Positions 1-13,872 of a stretch of DNA of 64,000 nt are shown here, one piece after another. Position 1 is the first letter of the stretch. Each line of letters starts with the position of its first letter. The notes below the pieces were generated by a model. The model saw only the letters and a list, made by a program, of their open reading frames with translations, ran no database searches and was not told the origin of the DNA. Where the stretch lies: assembly GCA_949358305.1 (NCBI GenBank), contig OX442314.1, positions 14,818,001 through 14,882,000 on the forward strand, in the 5' to 3' direction. The stretch comes from Strigamia acuminata (taxonomy: Eukaryota). Both the position numbers and the translations under genes were made by a program.

Positions 1-339
1 CAAAATGTTAGACATTTAATCTCGAAGCCATCGCTTCTTGCTATCATTCTAATATTTAATACCCTTACTTACAAAATTATAAGAAAAGAATAACACAAAT
101 TAGAACTGATTAAAATGTTCAAAGCTTTTTTTTTATTATTATCTTAAATCCGTCCTTCACCGGATTTGAACTGAACTCTGGTAAAGTAAATGTTTTTCTT
201 CCTGTCTTAAATTAAATACCAGCCATCTCGCCCGGGAGCTACCACTCCTTATTATAAATCTGCTACCCAATTATCTTATAGATTGTACTGGCGGAATTAA
301 TTGAAAATTAAAAGAGAAAATGAATTGAAAAAAAAAATT

Positions 340-1226
340 TTATGGCCTGAATAACTGGATTCGAAGATTCGAACTAGGGAGTGTGTGTCCACTATAAAAC
401 CTCAAATACTTGAAAATAATGGAAACTGGAAACCCATTGCAAGAACCACCGCTCCTCTTTGTAATTGTTTTATGAATCCCATACTTTTCGTGATAGTGAC
501 ATGCAAGGAATCTAATTGAAATATTAAATTGCAAAACTAAACTACCAACTCGGGATATTAATCCAAAGTAAAGAGCCAAAACCAAATAGCCACGAGTTCC
601 ATGCATAAGCTTGTTCCCATAGATGTTCTATTTGCCAATTTTATTGTGTTGAAAACGTGAAGCAATTGTATTGTACAAAAACATTGCAAATACCGGTAGA
701 TGCACGAGCTTTAATTTGTCATACATGAAAGGCAGCCGTTTTTTAATTTTAGCTATTATATATTATAATTCTCTAAAGTACAACATTTATTCAGACACTT
801 CGAGAAACTTGATATTTTGGCTTTAGTTGTTCTGTTTTTTTAAATTTATTATTTACATAGAATAGTCAGTTCTTCGTTTACTGTTTGCAACAAAAAAGAA
901 ATAGAAGAAGAATAGCCAAATAGATGTACACGGTAAGAGAAACTTCGGGAAATATCCTGCCTAATTAAGGGTAAGATAAGACAGAAAAAAATATCCATTC
1001 TGTATTAAAATATTTGTCGCAATACTTACTTATAATAGAGAACAAAATGAAATACAAAATAACAATTATGGAGTAACCCCAAACTAAGCAACAGACACAC
1101 TGTGGCTTTCTGTTAATGCCTTTATTAGACGACCTGGCAGCTAAGTGAATCATACAAAAGTATTATGCTTTGTCTCGTATTATTTCGTATTTACTTACAA
1201 GTCGCAGACCTCCTAGCTTTCACCAT
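340..1226 (-). CDS. Possible small spliced gene encoding a hydrophobic (membrane?) protein; exon structure not resolved
   Basis: AAAAATGG start at 1226 is followed by a GTAAGT donor (exon 1226-1199, MVKARRSAT). A 58-nt intron leads to exon 1140-1030 (SARSSNKGINRKPQCVCCLVWGYSIIVILYFILFSII), which ends at another GTAAGT donor. Further open, protein-like segments lie near 960-860 and 627-410 (e.g. HLWEQAYAWNSWLFGFGSLLWINIP). I could not join the downstream exons unambiguously and recognised no family. Confidence 0.25.
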
Positions 1227-1823
1227 TTTTAGTCCAGTCTCTAATTCCACAGATAGGTCAATCGCACTAATTGATAACATAGCATAACAATGAATTTTAA
1301 ATCACATCTCTTACATTTTTATCCTTTAGATTTGAGAAAATATTGCACGCTTTTAACGCTGAATTTTTAAAAATTCGAAGTATATTTAAAATTTAAATTT
1401 CTTTCGAGTCATTCTCATAAATGAGAAGCAACAAAGACGGTACGTGTAACAAAAGGCATCAACGTGTCAACAGAAGTCTTTTTGTGGTATTGCGCACATG
1501 TAGAGAGAAATTTCCTCGATTTTTACTTCCATTTTTATTAGAATAAAACTAAAAGAAGCTTAGAATGTATAATAACTACAAAGTAAACTACAAGTTTTAT
1601 TACGAGTTCTCGGTAAGCTGTATTTTATCAATAAAAATATTTTGATAGAAAGAAACTTAAATTCCGGCTCATAACAAGTTAAGATGAAATTTTTAAAAAA
1701 ATTACAAATATTTCTAGACACAAAACCCGAGCGTGAGACTTATTTTGAGTCCCGAAGTGCTCCGTCTCGCTTCAAATGTTTATCTAACACATTTTTACAA
1801 ATTAAAAATAAAAGAAAGATTAT

Positions 1824-3534
1824 TTATCCCAGGCGATTAAACACATTTGATTTGACACCTTCCATATTGATTGATTTAATTCTTTTAATGCTCCCTGCTG
1901 CTTTTAATTTGTTTGCTAATTGTATACGTGATCGATCGTTGGCTTTCATTATTTTAATCCTGCTGTCGCGATTAACAGCCAGTCGATTATGCACTGGCAA
2001 ATTTCTCTTTTCATGAATTTCATTCGCTAAAATTAGACGAAGAAAAATTACCACTAAACTCTGAATAATTAATACCATTCATGTGTTACCTAAAATTCCT
2101 TCACTCGTGGATTGCTGCTGAATAAATCTACGTGCAACTCCCAAACTTGGTTTGTCAGCACGAGCACTAATGCTGGATAAACGAACAGCTCCTAGTCTTT
2201 CTCTAATAGATTGTCTATCGCTTGATACGTTGATTACTGAAATAGAACAAAAGCATGAATACGTGCGTCATTAATTGAATTCACTCCATGTTTAACCTTT
2301 TCGAGTACTCGAAGAAGTTTGGGTTAACATGGGTTGTTCATTTGCTAAGCTCGTTTGCCTTTCTTCCATTGAAGAAGATATGTCGAGACCGGGACCTAGT
2401 CTTGCAAATACAGATGATGTCTGCAAAATTTCAAACCAAAATTAACAATTGTACAGAAATTTTGTATTATTTCAATTTTGTACCGGTTTCCCAAAATTGC
2501 AATTAGCATTGGTAGGGCAATCCATTTCGGTTGTGCTGGTTACACTAGTTTCACCCAAACGATCAAAAACCGATGACTTCTTAAGATTCGGAGCTAGATC
2601 AAAATTGAAAGAAATTAAATTACATTGTTGATAAATGACGGATAAATGCGCTATTAGCATACGAATTGCTTGGTCTTGTTGTGCCAATATTCGTCTTGTC
2701 CTTTCAGTCGAGCCTAATGGCATTTTCACTTGATAAGGTCCTTCATGCTGAGGCAAAACACGACGAACTTTTTTCACAGGCACTTCTTCAACTTGCTTGG
2801 GTTTCAGTGAGATAATTTTTCCTCCTAATAAAATATCTATTAGCTATATTATAATAAAAAAAAAAAATATTATAAAATTAAACTTACCGGTACGTGTCTG
2901 TACTGTTTTGTTGGTTTTCACTTTCAACGGCGGTACTAATGTTACTCTTTGAGAGTCAGCGACAATTCGACGCACAGCTAAACGCAAAAGTAATAATAAT
3001 CCTGTTTAATCAAGAAATCAAAATGTTGAATAAATTCAGTTACTTGTTGGTTGGTTTGGGTTCGGGCTTGTGCCTTGCAAAGAAATTAAAGGAGATAGAG
3101 CTTCGACAGGTCCTAACGTCTTTTCACGAGTATTCTACAACCAAATCAAAAATTTCGAAAATAAAAAAAAAGAATTACTTCTAAATTTTTGATGTTACGT
3201 TACCCGGGCATCGATATCCTTAGCATGCTTTAAAACTGCAATTATATCTCCCATAACTGTTATGCCCATGGCTTGCAAAATATCCCTCGATAAATCTCCC
3301 AACATGTCTATCTGCATTCGATGATTTGAGAATAAAATCGCATAGTTTGCAGCTACAGTGGAAGGAAGTCCGGCATTTTTAAAAAACTGAAGCCAAGTTG
3401 ATGCTGTTAAACACAATCAATATTTAATTACACGGTGATCATTTTGGGTGTCATTTATTTGACCATGATATGATCAAAATGTTAGAAATTGTTTTACAGT
3501 GTATTTGACTTATACCGTTATCGGAAGCTGCCAT
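1824..3534 (-). CDS. C19orf47: C19orf47-like uncharacterized protein (N-terminal SAM-like domain, repeated SVFxRLG motifs), 9 exons
   Basis: Exons with GT-AG boundaries and consistent phases: 3534-3516, 3403-3204, 3134-3044, 2977-2888, 2824-2663, 2593-2484, 2420-2297, 2236-2090, 2026-1824. The translation contains WLQFFKNAGLPSTVAANYAILFSNHRMQIDMLGDLSRDILQAMGITVMGDIIAVLKHAK (SAM-like), RRVLPQHEGPYQVKMPLGSTERTRRIL, and SVFDRLG / SVFARLG / NVFNRLG. I recognise all of these as C19orf47-family segments. Confidence 0.85.
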
Positions 3535-3539
3535 TTTCT

Positions 3540-3675
3540 TCTTCACCAAATATGGTCGAAACAAAAACCAAAAGCGGAGTTTTGCAGGCGGAAAAGATAA
3601 GCGCTACCAATCCAATGCGGCGTTTCATCTGAACCAATCACAGTCAAGAATCCATGAATCAAAATGGCGGTATGG
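3540..3675. promoter_or_regulatory. Housekeeping-type promoter of the C19orf47-like gene, possibly bidirectional
   Basis: Lies directly upstream of the ATG at 3534. Three CCAAT elements (~3607, 3612, 3634) and a YY1/Pho-type AAAATGGCGG at 3661-3670 on the + strand. Confidence 0.5.
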
Positions 3676-6600
3676 AACATTTTCTGTAGTTTTTTTTGTT
3701 CATTTTAATCATCCTTTGTTGTTGAATGCTGATTTAGTGAAATTGATAGTTTTTAATTTTAATTTGCTCAAGAAAGCAGAAACTTAATAATCATTTCTAA
3801 ATTAAATTACTTGAAATCTGTAAATGTGCATGACGAGTTTCCATCTATTGACAAAAAAAAGAAGTATGAAGCTTTAATATGTTGCCAATAGACAGAGACA
3901 CAAGAATTTACTCGCATTTCTACAGTTTTTCATATTTAGCGAAAGGTGGCGTTGAACGATTTTAAGTTATTCCAGGGGGATTGATTTTTCAACTTCCGTT
4001 TTTAACATTCTGTTGAAATTTATAAAACTTTAGAACTGAACTCTTAATATGTCTATTGAATCTGATGTTTGAACAATCTTAGAGCATAAGAAATTGACTG
4101 ATAAAATTATAAGAATGACTCTTACTGTATTTCTTTGTATTGTTAAATATTATATACCTACCAAATGTGTCATTAATACACAACCAATAACCTCAAAGTT
4201 TTGTATAGTATTATGTATATAATAACTTAGTTTATCATCAGATTGTGTAGTATTGTGTGTAGCTTATCATCATATTGTGTAACAAACTATCCCAATTTAT
4301 ACACTTATATAGTTATTTTAATTTTTATTCAAACCTTTTCTACATACAACAAATACATAATATATATAGTACACACATCTTGCTCAAAAAGTGATTAATT
4401 GCACAAGTTGCACAAGTACAATAAATTCTTGGAATAATCTGAAAGTAATAACTTTTAGTTAACTACCCGTATGTAATTATTGTGCTTATTTGTTAGGTCT
4501 GCACCAGCCGTAGTTGCCAATAGAACCCATCATCAGCCTTATACGATGGTTTCTTTTTCTACTTATTTTTCTTTTAAAAAAAATGATTTGAATTGATGAG
4601 CGTGTAGTAAGATTTGCTTAATCCTTCGCCATTTACATTGACATTCTGACGCTCCACTGGCATGTAATCCAGACAGATTAGACAAGTCAAGTCACTAGGA
4701 CCGCCATTAACAAAGTGATTACTAGTTGAAAGAAAACATGAAGTGGAAAAATGCTATTCATTAATTTTTCCCTAACTACATTGTGCCGACGTTTGTATAT
4801 CTAAAATAAATTTAATCTGATTTTTGGTTTTAAAAAAAAATCTGTTTTTATTTTTGTGTATCTTTCACAGCACTATAATAAATGAGTGTAAGCTGTGGTG
4901 ATACATTGATTCGAGTCAGCCTCTGGATTAAAGAGAGAGAGAGAGAGAAAGAAAGAAAAAGAAAGAAAAAAAGAAAAAAAAGGCTTTGAAAAATCGTAAA
5001 ATAGGAAACGCTGACCGCGTGTGTGTAAGAACGTGCTGAGATTTGATTCGTTTCTATAGTAACCCCCCTCCAGCAATGCACCATGGGAGACAAGGCCACA
5101 AAAGTCTCTTGTTGATTCAATCCAGGAAGAAAAAGCACTTCACTCTATGGCAACGTTGACTTTTCCTTTCTTCCAATCTTTTCCTATACTTTAAAAAAAA
5201 AAATCAGACCTCCAGTCAAAAATCCACCAAAAAATAACATCGAATTAAAATAGAAGATACAAAATTATTAAAGGTGACAGTGGAATGTTTATTTCAAAAA
5301 AAGTAAAAAGAGCAATGAAAATTTTTTTTTCTTCATTTCTTTTCTTAATCCGCCAGGCAAGCAGCTGAGGATTAACAACCTAACGCTCCCTATTTGAGGA
5401 GGGGGGTAATAAGTAATAGTCGCACCAACATTAGGCGTCTCCATTTTTGTTACGTTTCAAATGAAGGCATAACGGTCACGTGTTCACTTCATCATTTGAG
5501 CAGATTAAGGAAAATAATCAAAGAAGAGAAAAGAAAAAAATATGATCCATCCATTCAATGAGGTGATGCACAAGATCCACGAACCTTCCCCCTTGGTCAA
5601 TTACGTGGCACTGAAAGCATCGACGCGGTCCAATTAAAGTGCAGGGCTTTTCTTGCATCAGATTAATCTGCAACATTCTCAAATAGCCTGCAATTTTCAC
5701 TCGACCGCATCACACAACAAAATTACTAATCGGATCTATGGGTCCCTCATCTGTGGTCATCTCAAAAAGGACAGTTGTCAAAAACTTTACTTTACACAAG
5801 TTGGACTGATCCTTGAGCACATATTCTTGCTAAATCCCGCCAAAGACGCGTCCAATCCGTGAAAGCGCCCTCTGAACTCCGCCTCGCACAACAACTAGAT
5901 ATGCATGTTATTTTTAGCTCGTCTAAATCAAAGAGCGAAGCCGCGCTATATGTGAAAGAGGCGTCGTTCTGAGGTGGCGCGTGCAGGCGGCATCGTCTTT
6001 GTGCACGCGAGACGAGACGCCTGCTTTGCTCTGCTCTTTCGCTCGCTCGTCGGTCCCCTCCTTAATGCAGTCCAATACCCATTCCCGTCCCTTCTTTTCC
6101 TTTCTCGACGGCATTACAGCTCCAAAGGTGTGTCTCCAAGTTGAAAACACAAAAATTACCCAGTGCGCGACATTTCCCGCTGTGATGACCCTCCCTGGTT
6201 AGCAGTTAGTGGCGTCCGGTGACAGCAGGTGATCATATGCTCCTTGTTCATGACCCTAACTAGCCAGACGCTTGGCGTCGGAGGCAAACAATGAATAAAA
6301 CCAACCAAACAACGCATAGAAACAGAAAGATCAAAGATACAATTTCCATTTTATAAAACAACTTTCGTATATATATACATATATAATACACTTTAATAGA
6401 ATGTGAAAATAAATAAATAGATAAATAAATAAATGAAAAAAAGTATGTAACTTTAAAAGAGCTGACCAAAATGGCGGCTCAACTGGTTCTTGCATTGGCT
6501 GCTTTATACACGCAACCAGTTTTATCTCATTTCCCCGCCGCCCACTCCCATACCTCTTGTATAACGACCATCTGCGCATTGTGTATTTGTGATCCGCGTC

Positions 6601-6705
6601 CACTCAGCGGTCGATCGAGATTTCCACACATTCCCCTTCGTGCATTCGAGGTCTTCTTGCCCTCAGACTCGATCGATCATGCAGTAGAGCTTTGCCATAC
6701 GAGGT

Positions 6706-6732
6706 AGAGAGAGCGAGAGAGAGAGAGAGAGA
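6706..6732 (+). repeat. (GA)n microsatellite, imperfect
   Basis: Run of AG/GA dinucleotides with one interruption. Confidence 0.8.
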
Positions 6733-7133
6733 AATGTGTGGGAGGCGCGTGACTATCGATTTCCGACTTAGTCCCCTTGCTAGCTCTTTTCACTTCGATC
6801 GTGCATTGATGACACAGGGTCGAAATGCCAAAACAGCTGCTCAAATACCCGACATAGCCACAGGCCACCACTATGATGTTTGTTGTTTCTGTCAAATTGC
6901 GCTCGCTTTTTCTCTTTTCTCGCGTTCTGCGTGCTGCTACTCATGCTCCCTCATCCCAAACTCATGTCCCAATCTCATGAATATTTAAGAACATGGTGGT
7001 GCCGAGGCAGAAAATAAGAAGACCACTCGAGCCAAACCGATGAATGAATGAATAGCAAAATGATATTGACATGAAACATGGATGAGTTTGCGAGAAAAAC
7101 GTAAACTTAAACTTTTCGAATTTTTATTTTCGC

Positions 7134-7134
<1 letters not shown>

Positions 7135-7168
<34 letters not shown>
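7135..7168 (+). repeat. (TTTA)n microsatellite
   Basis: About 8 tandem TTTA units. Confidence 0.85.
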
Positions 7169-7169
<1 letters not shown>

Positions 7170-10100
7170 TTTTTATTAATAATTGAGAATTTCTTCGGTT
7201 AAATTTGTAGATGCCCATCTGGCATGGCCTTGTGCACACACAATGGGGTAGTGTGTGTTTGTGTATGGCTAGAGAGCACTTTATTAGAGAGAAAAGGGGG
7301 TGGAGGCAGCAGAAGACCCTCACAAATGGCCAACTCGGACTTGCTTTCAACAGACCCTGCCGGTCGTAGGAGGTGAACCAATGAGGATTCGAGGTGGGGA
7401 CTGCGAATAAACCAATGGCGAGACACTTCTCTCATCGATCATGCTGACAAATCATTTTCTTGTCTGGGCAACAGGGGGAGCTGAGGGAAGCCTGGTCGCC
7501 AAGGTGAGGGGAGATTACACATTCTCCTTCCCCCTTTTTTTCCCTTATCCTCCTCTTCTTCTGTCTCCCTCAGTTTCTTTGCAAAGACGACCAAGGGCGT
7601 TGCATCCAAACATTGCCCTCTGACCTCACCACTCTTCTTCGAGACCCCCACTTCTCTACACTTTTTCTTAGGGATTATTATACGCGCAAGCGCAAAAGGA
7701 TTTTCCAGTGTCGAAACCCTCCAACTCCGGTACAGCGAGGTCAACCCATTGAAGACTCGCCTCAAAGTTTGCATAAAGCGCGTGACTTATTAAAACACTC
7801 TTTAATTCTTGTTTGTGATACACGAGAAAAGTCCTCGGTGACGCCTAAGTCTTTATTTATTGCCAACTAACAACGTCTCAACTATAAAATAGAATAAAAC
7901 CCAACTGATTTGAATTAAGTAGATGGAAAATATTTAAAGAAGAAAAGATTTCGTTTACAATAGAATTATCCGAATTAAAAGTCAATTTTTTTCCCCAATA
8001 AAGTATTGTGGCACACAAAAAAATCCTATACTCTGTACGTGCATGTTTATATACACAACCTGTAATTTCGACCACTCCTTAACTACAGACTGGTCTTGAA
8101 AACAGGACCCAATAAATTTACACCCGACTGCTGATGGACAAAGTCCAAGCGAGCCCTTTAGCGGCGAATTTCTAAAGTAAACCACTCTGAGGCGAGATGA
8201 TGAAGGTTCTCATGTGGTGACTGATGGATGAAAATTCGATAGCGAGGCAAAGAAAGAAAGAAAGAAAAAAGTGGCGCTAGGGGTCGTCAAAGGACCCCAA
8301 ATAAAATTAGCTTCCCTTTGAGGTTCAAGAGTCACATCAGAATCATTTTATTAGGCAAATAAGTTGATTAGCTTGTTTTCTCCATGGGGATCAAATTGGT
8401 TAATGGCATTCACCTCTACTCACCCCTCGAACCTCGTGTAATGGAGGATAATTGGGTTGGCAGTGCGGCAACATCCTTGCGACTGCCGCACCGCATTAAG
8501 TATAAATGGAATCTGTCAAAATGTATGCAAATTGGTTTGTCTTTCGTTTCGATTCGCACATGTGGTGTCTATTCACGTCACACACGGTTTCACACGAACA
8601 CTTTGACGTGGGCGCAGCCTTCCTTCACTTCAACAGCTCGCGTTTCGTTTCGTTTCACACCCGACCGGTCACGCAGCCTAAATCGAGCCGACAGCATCCT
8701 CCATCGGGCGTCTTCGGGTCCGTCCTCCTCGTCATCTCTCGTGGCACCGTTGTCACCTTGGCGCGCGTTACTGATAAACATCTCCCGTTGCATTTCAACT
8801 TCAATCTTCGCATACCGGAAGAGAAAAGAAGAGAAGACAAACTTTGCCTTTGCCGCCCTTTGTCCCACTCGTCTCCTCTTTAAGCCTCATCTTCACTTCT
8901 CTCTCACCTTCCCCCTTTCTGGACAAACAGGAAAAACACACAACAAAACCCTCACGATATTTTAATCTATCACAAATATGACACTGAATGGCGCTGTCAA
9001 CTCTTACAACATTATAGCGTAGTCGGATAACACATAAGACACAAAAGTCAATCCGACTGTGACACCCGAAGCCGTGCGAGGGCAGTTCAAACACAACACC
9101 TGTGGCTTATGGCCTTATACGATATTATTGGCAGGATTTTGGGCGCTCAGTCGATCGCTTGGATAAGTGTCAGACCGACAAATGCCCAAGGCGAGCAAAA
9201 GTCCACAAAAAACCTCCTCCTCATCCTCCTCTGTGTACATCAGCTCTTACCCACGAGTTTCTTTATTCTCCTCTGCCGTTTGTCCTTTCCTGCTGCTGCT
9301 GTTGCTGCCGCCTCGTTTCTCTCTCAAAAGTGGGATTTTCGGCCGTAATACGCGCATTGTGGACTCCATAGCCGTCTATACAAGAGGGGCACATCTTTTT
9401 ACCCCGAGTCGAGGGAGAGTACCATTCGCCCTCCACCAACACACAGGGAAATTAATCCCCTTGCTCCCCAGTGCCAAATACAATGGAAAAGCAACGAGCA
9501 ACTTATTTTCGTGTCCGCGACCTTTTTACAAATTTATACACAACCTTTCAAATATTTTCCAGCAAAAATCGAGCGAAACGTAGATGCAAAAGCGTCGAGG
9601 CAACTTGTTAAAATATCTGCTCGTTGTTATGACAACGCTCTCATGGCGTCGACAGCGGGTAGCGAGCAGAGATTATATACTCGCAGAGCGTCGAGGGAGA
9701 GACAGAGCGAGATGCGGGAGAAAGAGCGAGCGGGAGAAAGAGCGAGCGAGCGAGAAAGCGAGCGAGCAGCCAGAGGGCCAACTGCACGCGCTAATCCGCA
9801 TACCCAGGAACCTGGGAAACATTAGCCTATAGATGGAGATCTCTGATTTCAGCCGGAGGGGAGAACGGCACCGGGTTCCACGAGTAAATGATGAGGTCGC
9901 GTCCCGAGTTTACTCGACTAATAACTCTCGAGGGAACGCGACTCAAGCGACTATAGCAAATTGAATCGATGCGCGTCGTCATCGAATTAATTAATTAATT
10001 AATTCATAAACAACAATAATAATTTCAAAATTGGCACGCGAATAAATTCAAATTGATCGTTAGTATGGGTATACTACTCACTGGTATTTTGCTCTCGCTT

Positions 10101-11899
10101 CGGCTCGCTGCCATTCCGCAGCGTCGTGCGTCGTCGGCGGTATTCACAAGTGCACAAGAGCGCGATGCAAGATGCGAGCTTTCTCGGATGTCGACGGACG
10201 ACGGCCCGTCGGCTGTATGGGTGCGAGTGCCGTGGGTTGCAGGTATATAGGGCCGGGCAGGAGCGGATTAGGTGCTCGCCCTGTTACATGTAAGCCTATT
10301 AACTCGGGCGCAGGACACAAAATGAGCTTTCCTTGGGACTCTGTAAACTCTTTAATTCCTCTCCTTTTTTAATCCTTGGCAACTCACAAAGAAAAGCTCC
10401 CCTCACCATCCCAGTCCCATAACTAACGGAATGCACACTGGGCAAATATTGGCGCGAGCTCTGAGCTCATCAAACGTTTACCAATCATCACGACACATTC
10501 AACCGTAAATTTCGCCTTTTTACATTTTTTTTTGCATCGACTAAAATCGATTAGAGTTCGCTAGCGAGTGCAAACCATTTCCAATATTAATATTTTTATT
10601 TCTTATTTTCTTCCGTATACCGTGTTTTCATTTATCTTGATTCCATTTTCTGATTGACTCGAGATTAATTCTCTCAATCAGATTACTAGATCAGCAATGC
10701 ACTACCATTTAATTAGTAAATGACGTCACACACGCATTTATATTAATTACTTGTGTCATCATTCCCAAAACGACACGCAAAAGCAAAATTAAATAAAATC
10801 TCGTGCTATAATTGCTTCAAACTTCTTCCACATTTTAACAGAAAAAAAATTTAATTATTATTATTTTTTCAAATTTCAACTTAAAAACTGCATGCAATTT
10901 CCGCCATATAAATAATTTACAATGTTAATAATCAGCACAATATTATTTTTTTCTTGGCAAAAATAATATAATTGAGACGCCCTGCACTTGCACCTTGAAG
11001 TGTAGTTTAGAGCAAACATCACTTTCTCGCTCGAGTTGCCTCACCCAATGGACGTCCATTCACAGCTGCGTTGTACCATCAATTGACAAGAGCCCTCTTC
11101 AGAACTCAACTAAGTGAAGACGCGATGAACCTGCTCCCTGATTGGCATGTCCGCCAGGGCGGGGCGCTGCCATTTTGCCCCCGAGAGGGCAGCGCACAGA
11201 GAACCCAATCAATAATTAAGCATCCTTAATGGCCAAGGCTGAAATCCCCAGCAATGATGGAGGCGGGTGAGCGTGAAATTCGCCGGAAGGAGGGAGACCT
11301 GTCTGTCACACAGCCGCTCTTCACCCCTTTACTGCACAAGCAATTAACGCGCCACAACTCAGGGACATATCACTGAAATCTTCAACAACAAAAAAAAGAA
11401 ACACATCTTTGCCTTAATTTACCACAAGCAACCAAAAATTGCGTTTAATATTTTAAGACGCTAAAAAAGTGGAGAAATGAAGCAAACACGCTGTCTATTA
11501 CGCAATAATAAATTTAAATAAATTCACTTTCGTAATCCTATTTAAAAAGCAACAAAAAAAAAACGAATCTACAATCATTAACGAAAAAAAAATTCAACAT
11601 AAAACACAGATGATGATAATCTCTTAGAAAATTCAGGTCACTCATAAACAAACTCACTCACATAATCACACACGCATTTCGCTAACAGATGTCGCTACAA
11701 GAACAAAATACTCATTTTCCAACTAGACTAAACAACAAGTAATTTTCCGAATTCCCTACGTAGATGTTTGTTAATGTTTGTTAATTTCAAAAAAAGTAAT
11801 CTTCTCAATGAGCGAAACTTTTCTCCTTTGTCGCCTGCATCATGTGCAGTCATCAAAGGGGTGGACTCAAACTATTCTCAATTCTCCCATCCGACTCGC

Positions 11900-12428
11900 A
11901 CACGGATCCGCCAACCATCTATCACCTCGAGGAAAAGCCTCGTTCTGATTGGCGCACGGGCGTGGTATGGTGCGTCGCCAAGGCGTGCGCCGAGGAAGCA
12001 GACGCTCCCCCGCGTCTGCTTCCTGAGCGCGGCCGGCTTGAAACGGAGCGGTCGATCAATCAGGGCTCAATTTACAACGACATAAGCTTATTGCTAACAA
12101 GCTTAAGCCCTTTATTATCCGCAGCCTGCGTGGCTGAGGCCTCTGCTCTTAGCCTAGTACTAGTAAGTTGCTCGCGACGCTGCATCTCATCGGGCTTGGA
12201 GCCCCCATCTCAAATCCGTCGCGGACCCCAACGACCCCCGGCACGCCATGCCAGGGGTGTTGGGGCCCAACGACGACTCCGACGACTACTATAAGCCTTT
12301 CTTGTCGCTCTTCTGACCCTATAGGTGCAACTGGTGCCGTCGACACAGTTTGTGTGCACGACTCGTCCAAAGTGAACGCCAACGCCGTGCGGCTCATTCG
12401 ACTCAAACTTCTCCGCTGTTTCTCTAAG
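11900..12428 (+). promoter_or_regulatory. Putative distal promoter and non-coding first exon of otx-a
   Basis: CpG-rich island with ATTGG at 11948-11952, ending in a good donor AAG|GTAGG at 12428/12429. The first coding exon of otx-a is preceded by a strong pyrimidine tract and CAG acceptor at 22226, so an upstream exon is expected. Linking these two sites is inference. Confidence 0.4.
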
Positions 12429-13853
12429 GTAGGCATCACTTTTTATCAATTTTTACTCATTTTGCTAGTGTGGTTCAACACAAATTGAATCAAATCATTT
12501 CGAACTTGTTGTTACGACACGTGTTGCTTCATTCTAAGTGGATGCACATGACTGCGGAACGGTATCGAGGGCACGAAGGGTGTTTAGGCTTAATCTGGCA
12601 GTTCGCTTAGTATTTTCTAGGTCGCATTGTTTCTGTTTCGACGTCGACCACGTGGTACAGAAACAACAAAATGTTACCGATTGTTTAACTAAACAATAAC
12701 AAAAAAAATGGAGTTGGTCGACCCTTAAATTATACACAAGGTCCCGCAAAATTACCACTTAATAACTGTGTACATTTTTGTGTTCTCAATTCAACATTAG
12801 CCGTAACCGTAATTACTGCCCGAAAGAGGCCAAATTTGTGTCTAGCTTAACGGACTGTGTAAAACACAGGCAAAAGGAAAAGTTTTCGAAGAAAAAAGTG
12901 TGCAAACAAGAGGGCAAAGGCGAGATTTCAGCCCGAGGGAATTCTATCTCTGGTCACGCGGCTCACAAAAGATAGGGCAAAGCAAAACTGCTGTAGCGTT
13001 GTGGCTGCACGTGGTGTTGATGGGCCGGCAGATCGTGCTTCTGCATCTCGGCTGCACAAATGTCGAGTGAGAGGGAGACAAAAACCCGATGGTTTATGGT
13101 GAGAGCAGAAAAGAGAGATAGGCAGTGAGAAGAAGGTTGACTTTGAAAAGGTCACTCGAGCCGGTTCGAAAACAAGACTCGCGACGACGATCACTCCATT
13201 CCCTTTAACTTGAAATCGCGTTCTAGTTATTGCGAAATTCGTCGTGTAATGTGCTAAGTGTTGGGCAAATATAAGCCGGAAGAGCCAGCGGGTTGCCTCA
13301 GAGTAAAGCCCAATAGGGGGTACATCCTTCCTTCCGTTTCCGGAAATGGTCGTCCTTTGACAGCCACAAAACCTCATATTAATGTGATCAGGTGAATGGA
13401 AAGAGAACTGACCTAAACCGACAATAATCGATTATTATCCTCACCCTTTACGGTGATCAATATATAGATTAAAGGTAGGATAAAAGAAATCAAGTTTGAT
13501 CACTTATCGTGTCCACCATCAGCCCTAACTGATGTTGTTATTGAATTTGGCGCGCGAAAGAAAAGAAATGGATCGTTTGTATCAACTGAGGAAAAAGAAT
13601 GAACATGATAAATCGATTAGCGCCTCCATGGGAGAAGAGGGAGTGTCATCCCCCATAGGGGAAATCATTACATGGCTAATGAATAACATGGGTTGCACAC
13701 TTCACACGATGCCTAACAGTCCCTATCAACATCCGATTTAGATAACTGTCCATTCTGATAGACTCATCTTGGAAAAAAATGGTGGATGGAAGCCTTTTTT
13801 TTGTTTCTGTTTACTTTAAAAAATCGATTAAATTTTTTTTATTTTTTTTTCGT

Positions 13854-13872
13854 GGGGGGGGGGGGGGGGGGC
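13854..13872 (+). repeat. poly-G tract
   Basis: About 19 consecutive G. Confidence 0.9.

Noticed and set aside
2594..2662. 69-nt stop-free, in-frame intron in the C19orf47-like gene (possible retained intron)
   Set aside because: It has normal GT-AG ends and typical intron length and composition; a stop-free short intron is not unusual without transcript evidence.
3765..3905. Double hairpin ending in ACA, resembling an H/ACA snoRNA (stem TCTATTGACAA/TTGCCAATAGA)
   Set aside because: There is no ANANNA H box between the hairpins and the pocket-to-ACA spacing is atypical.
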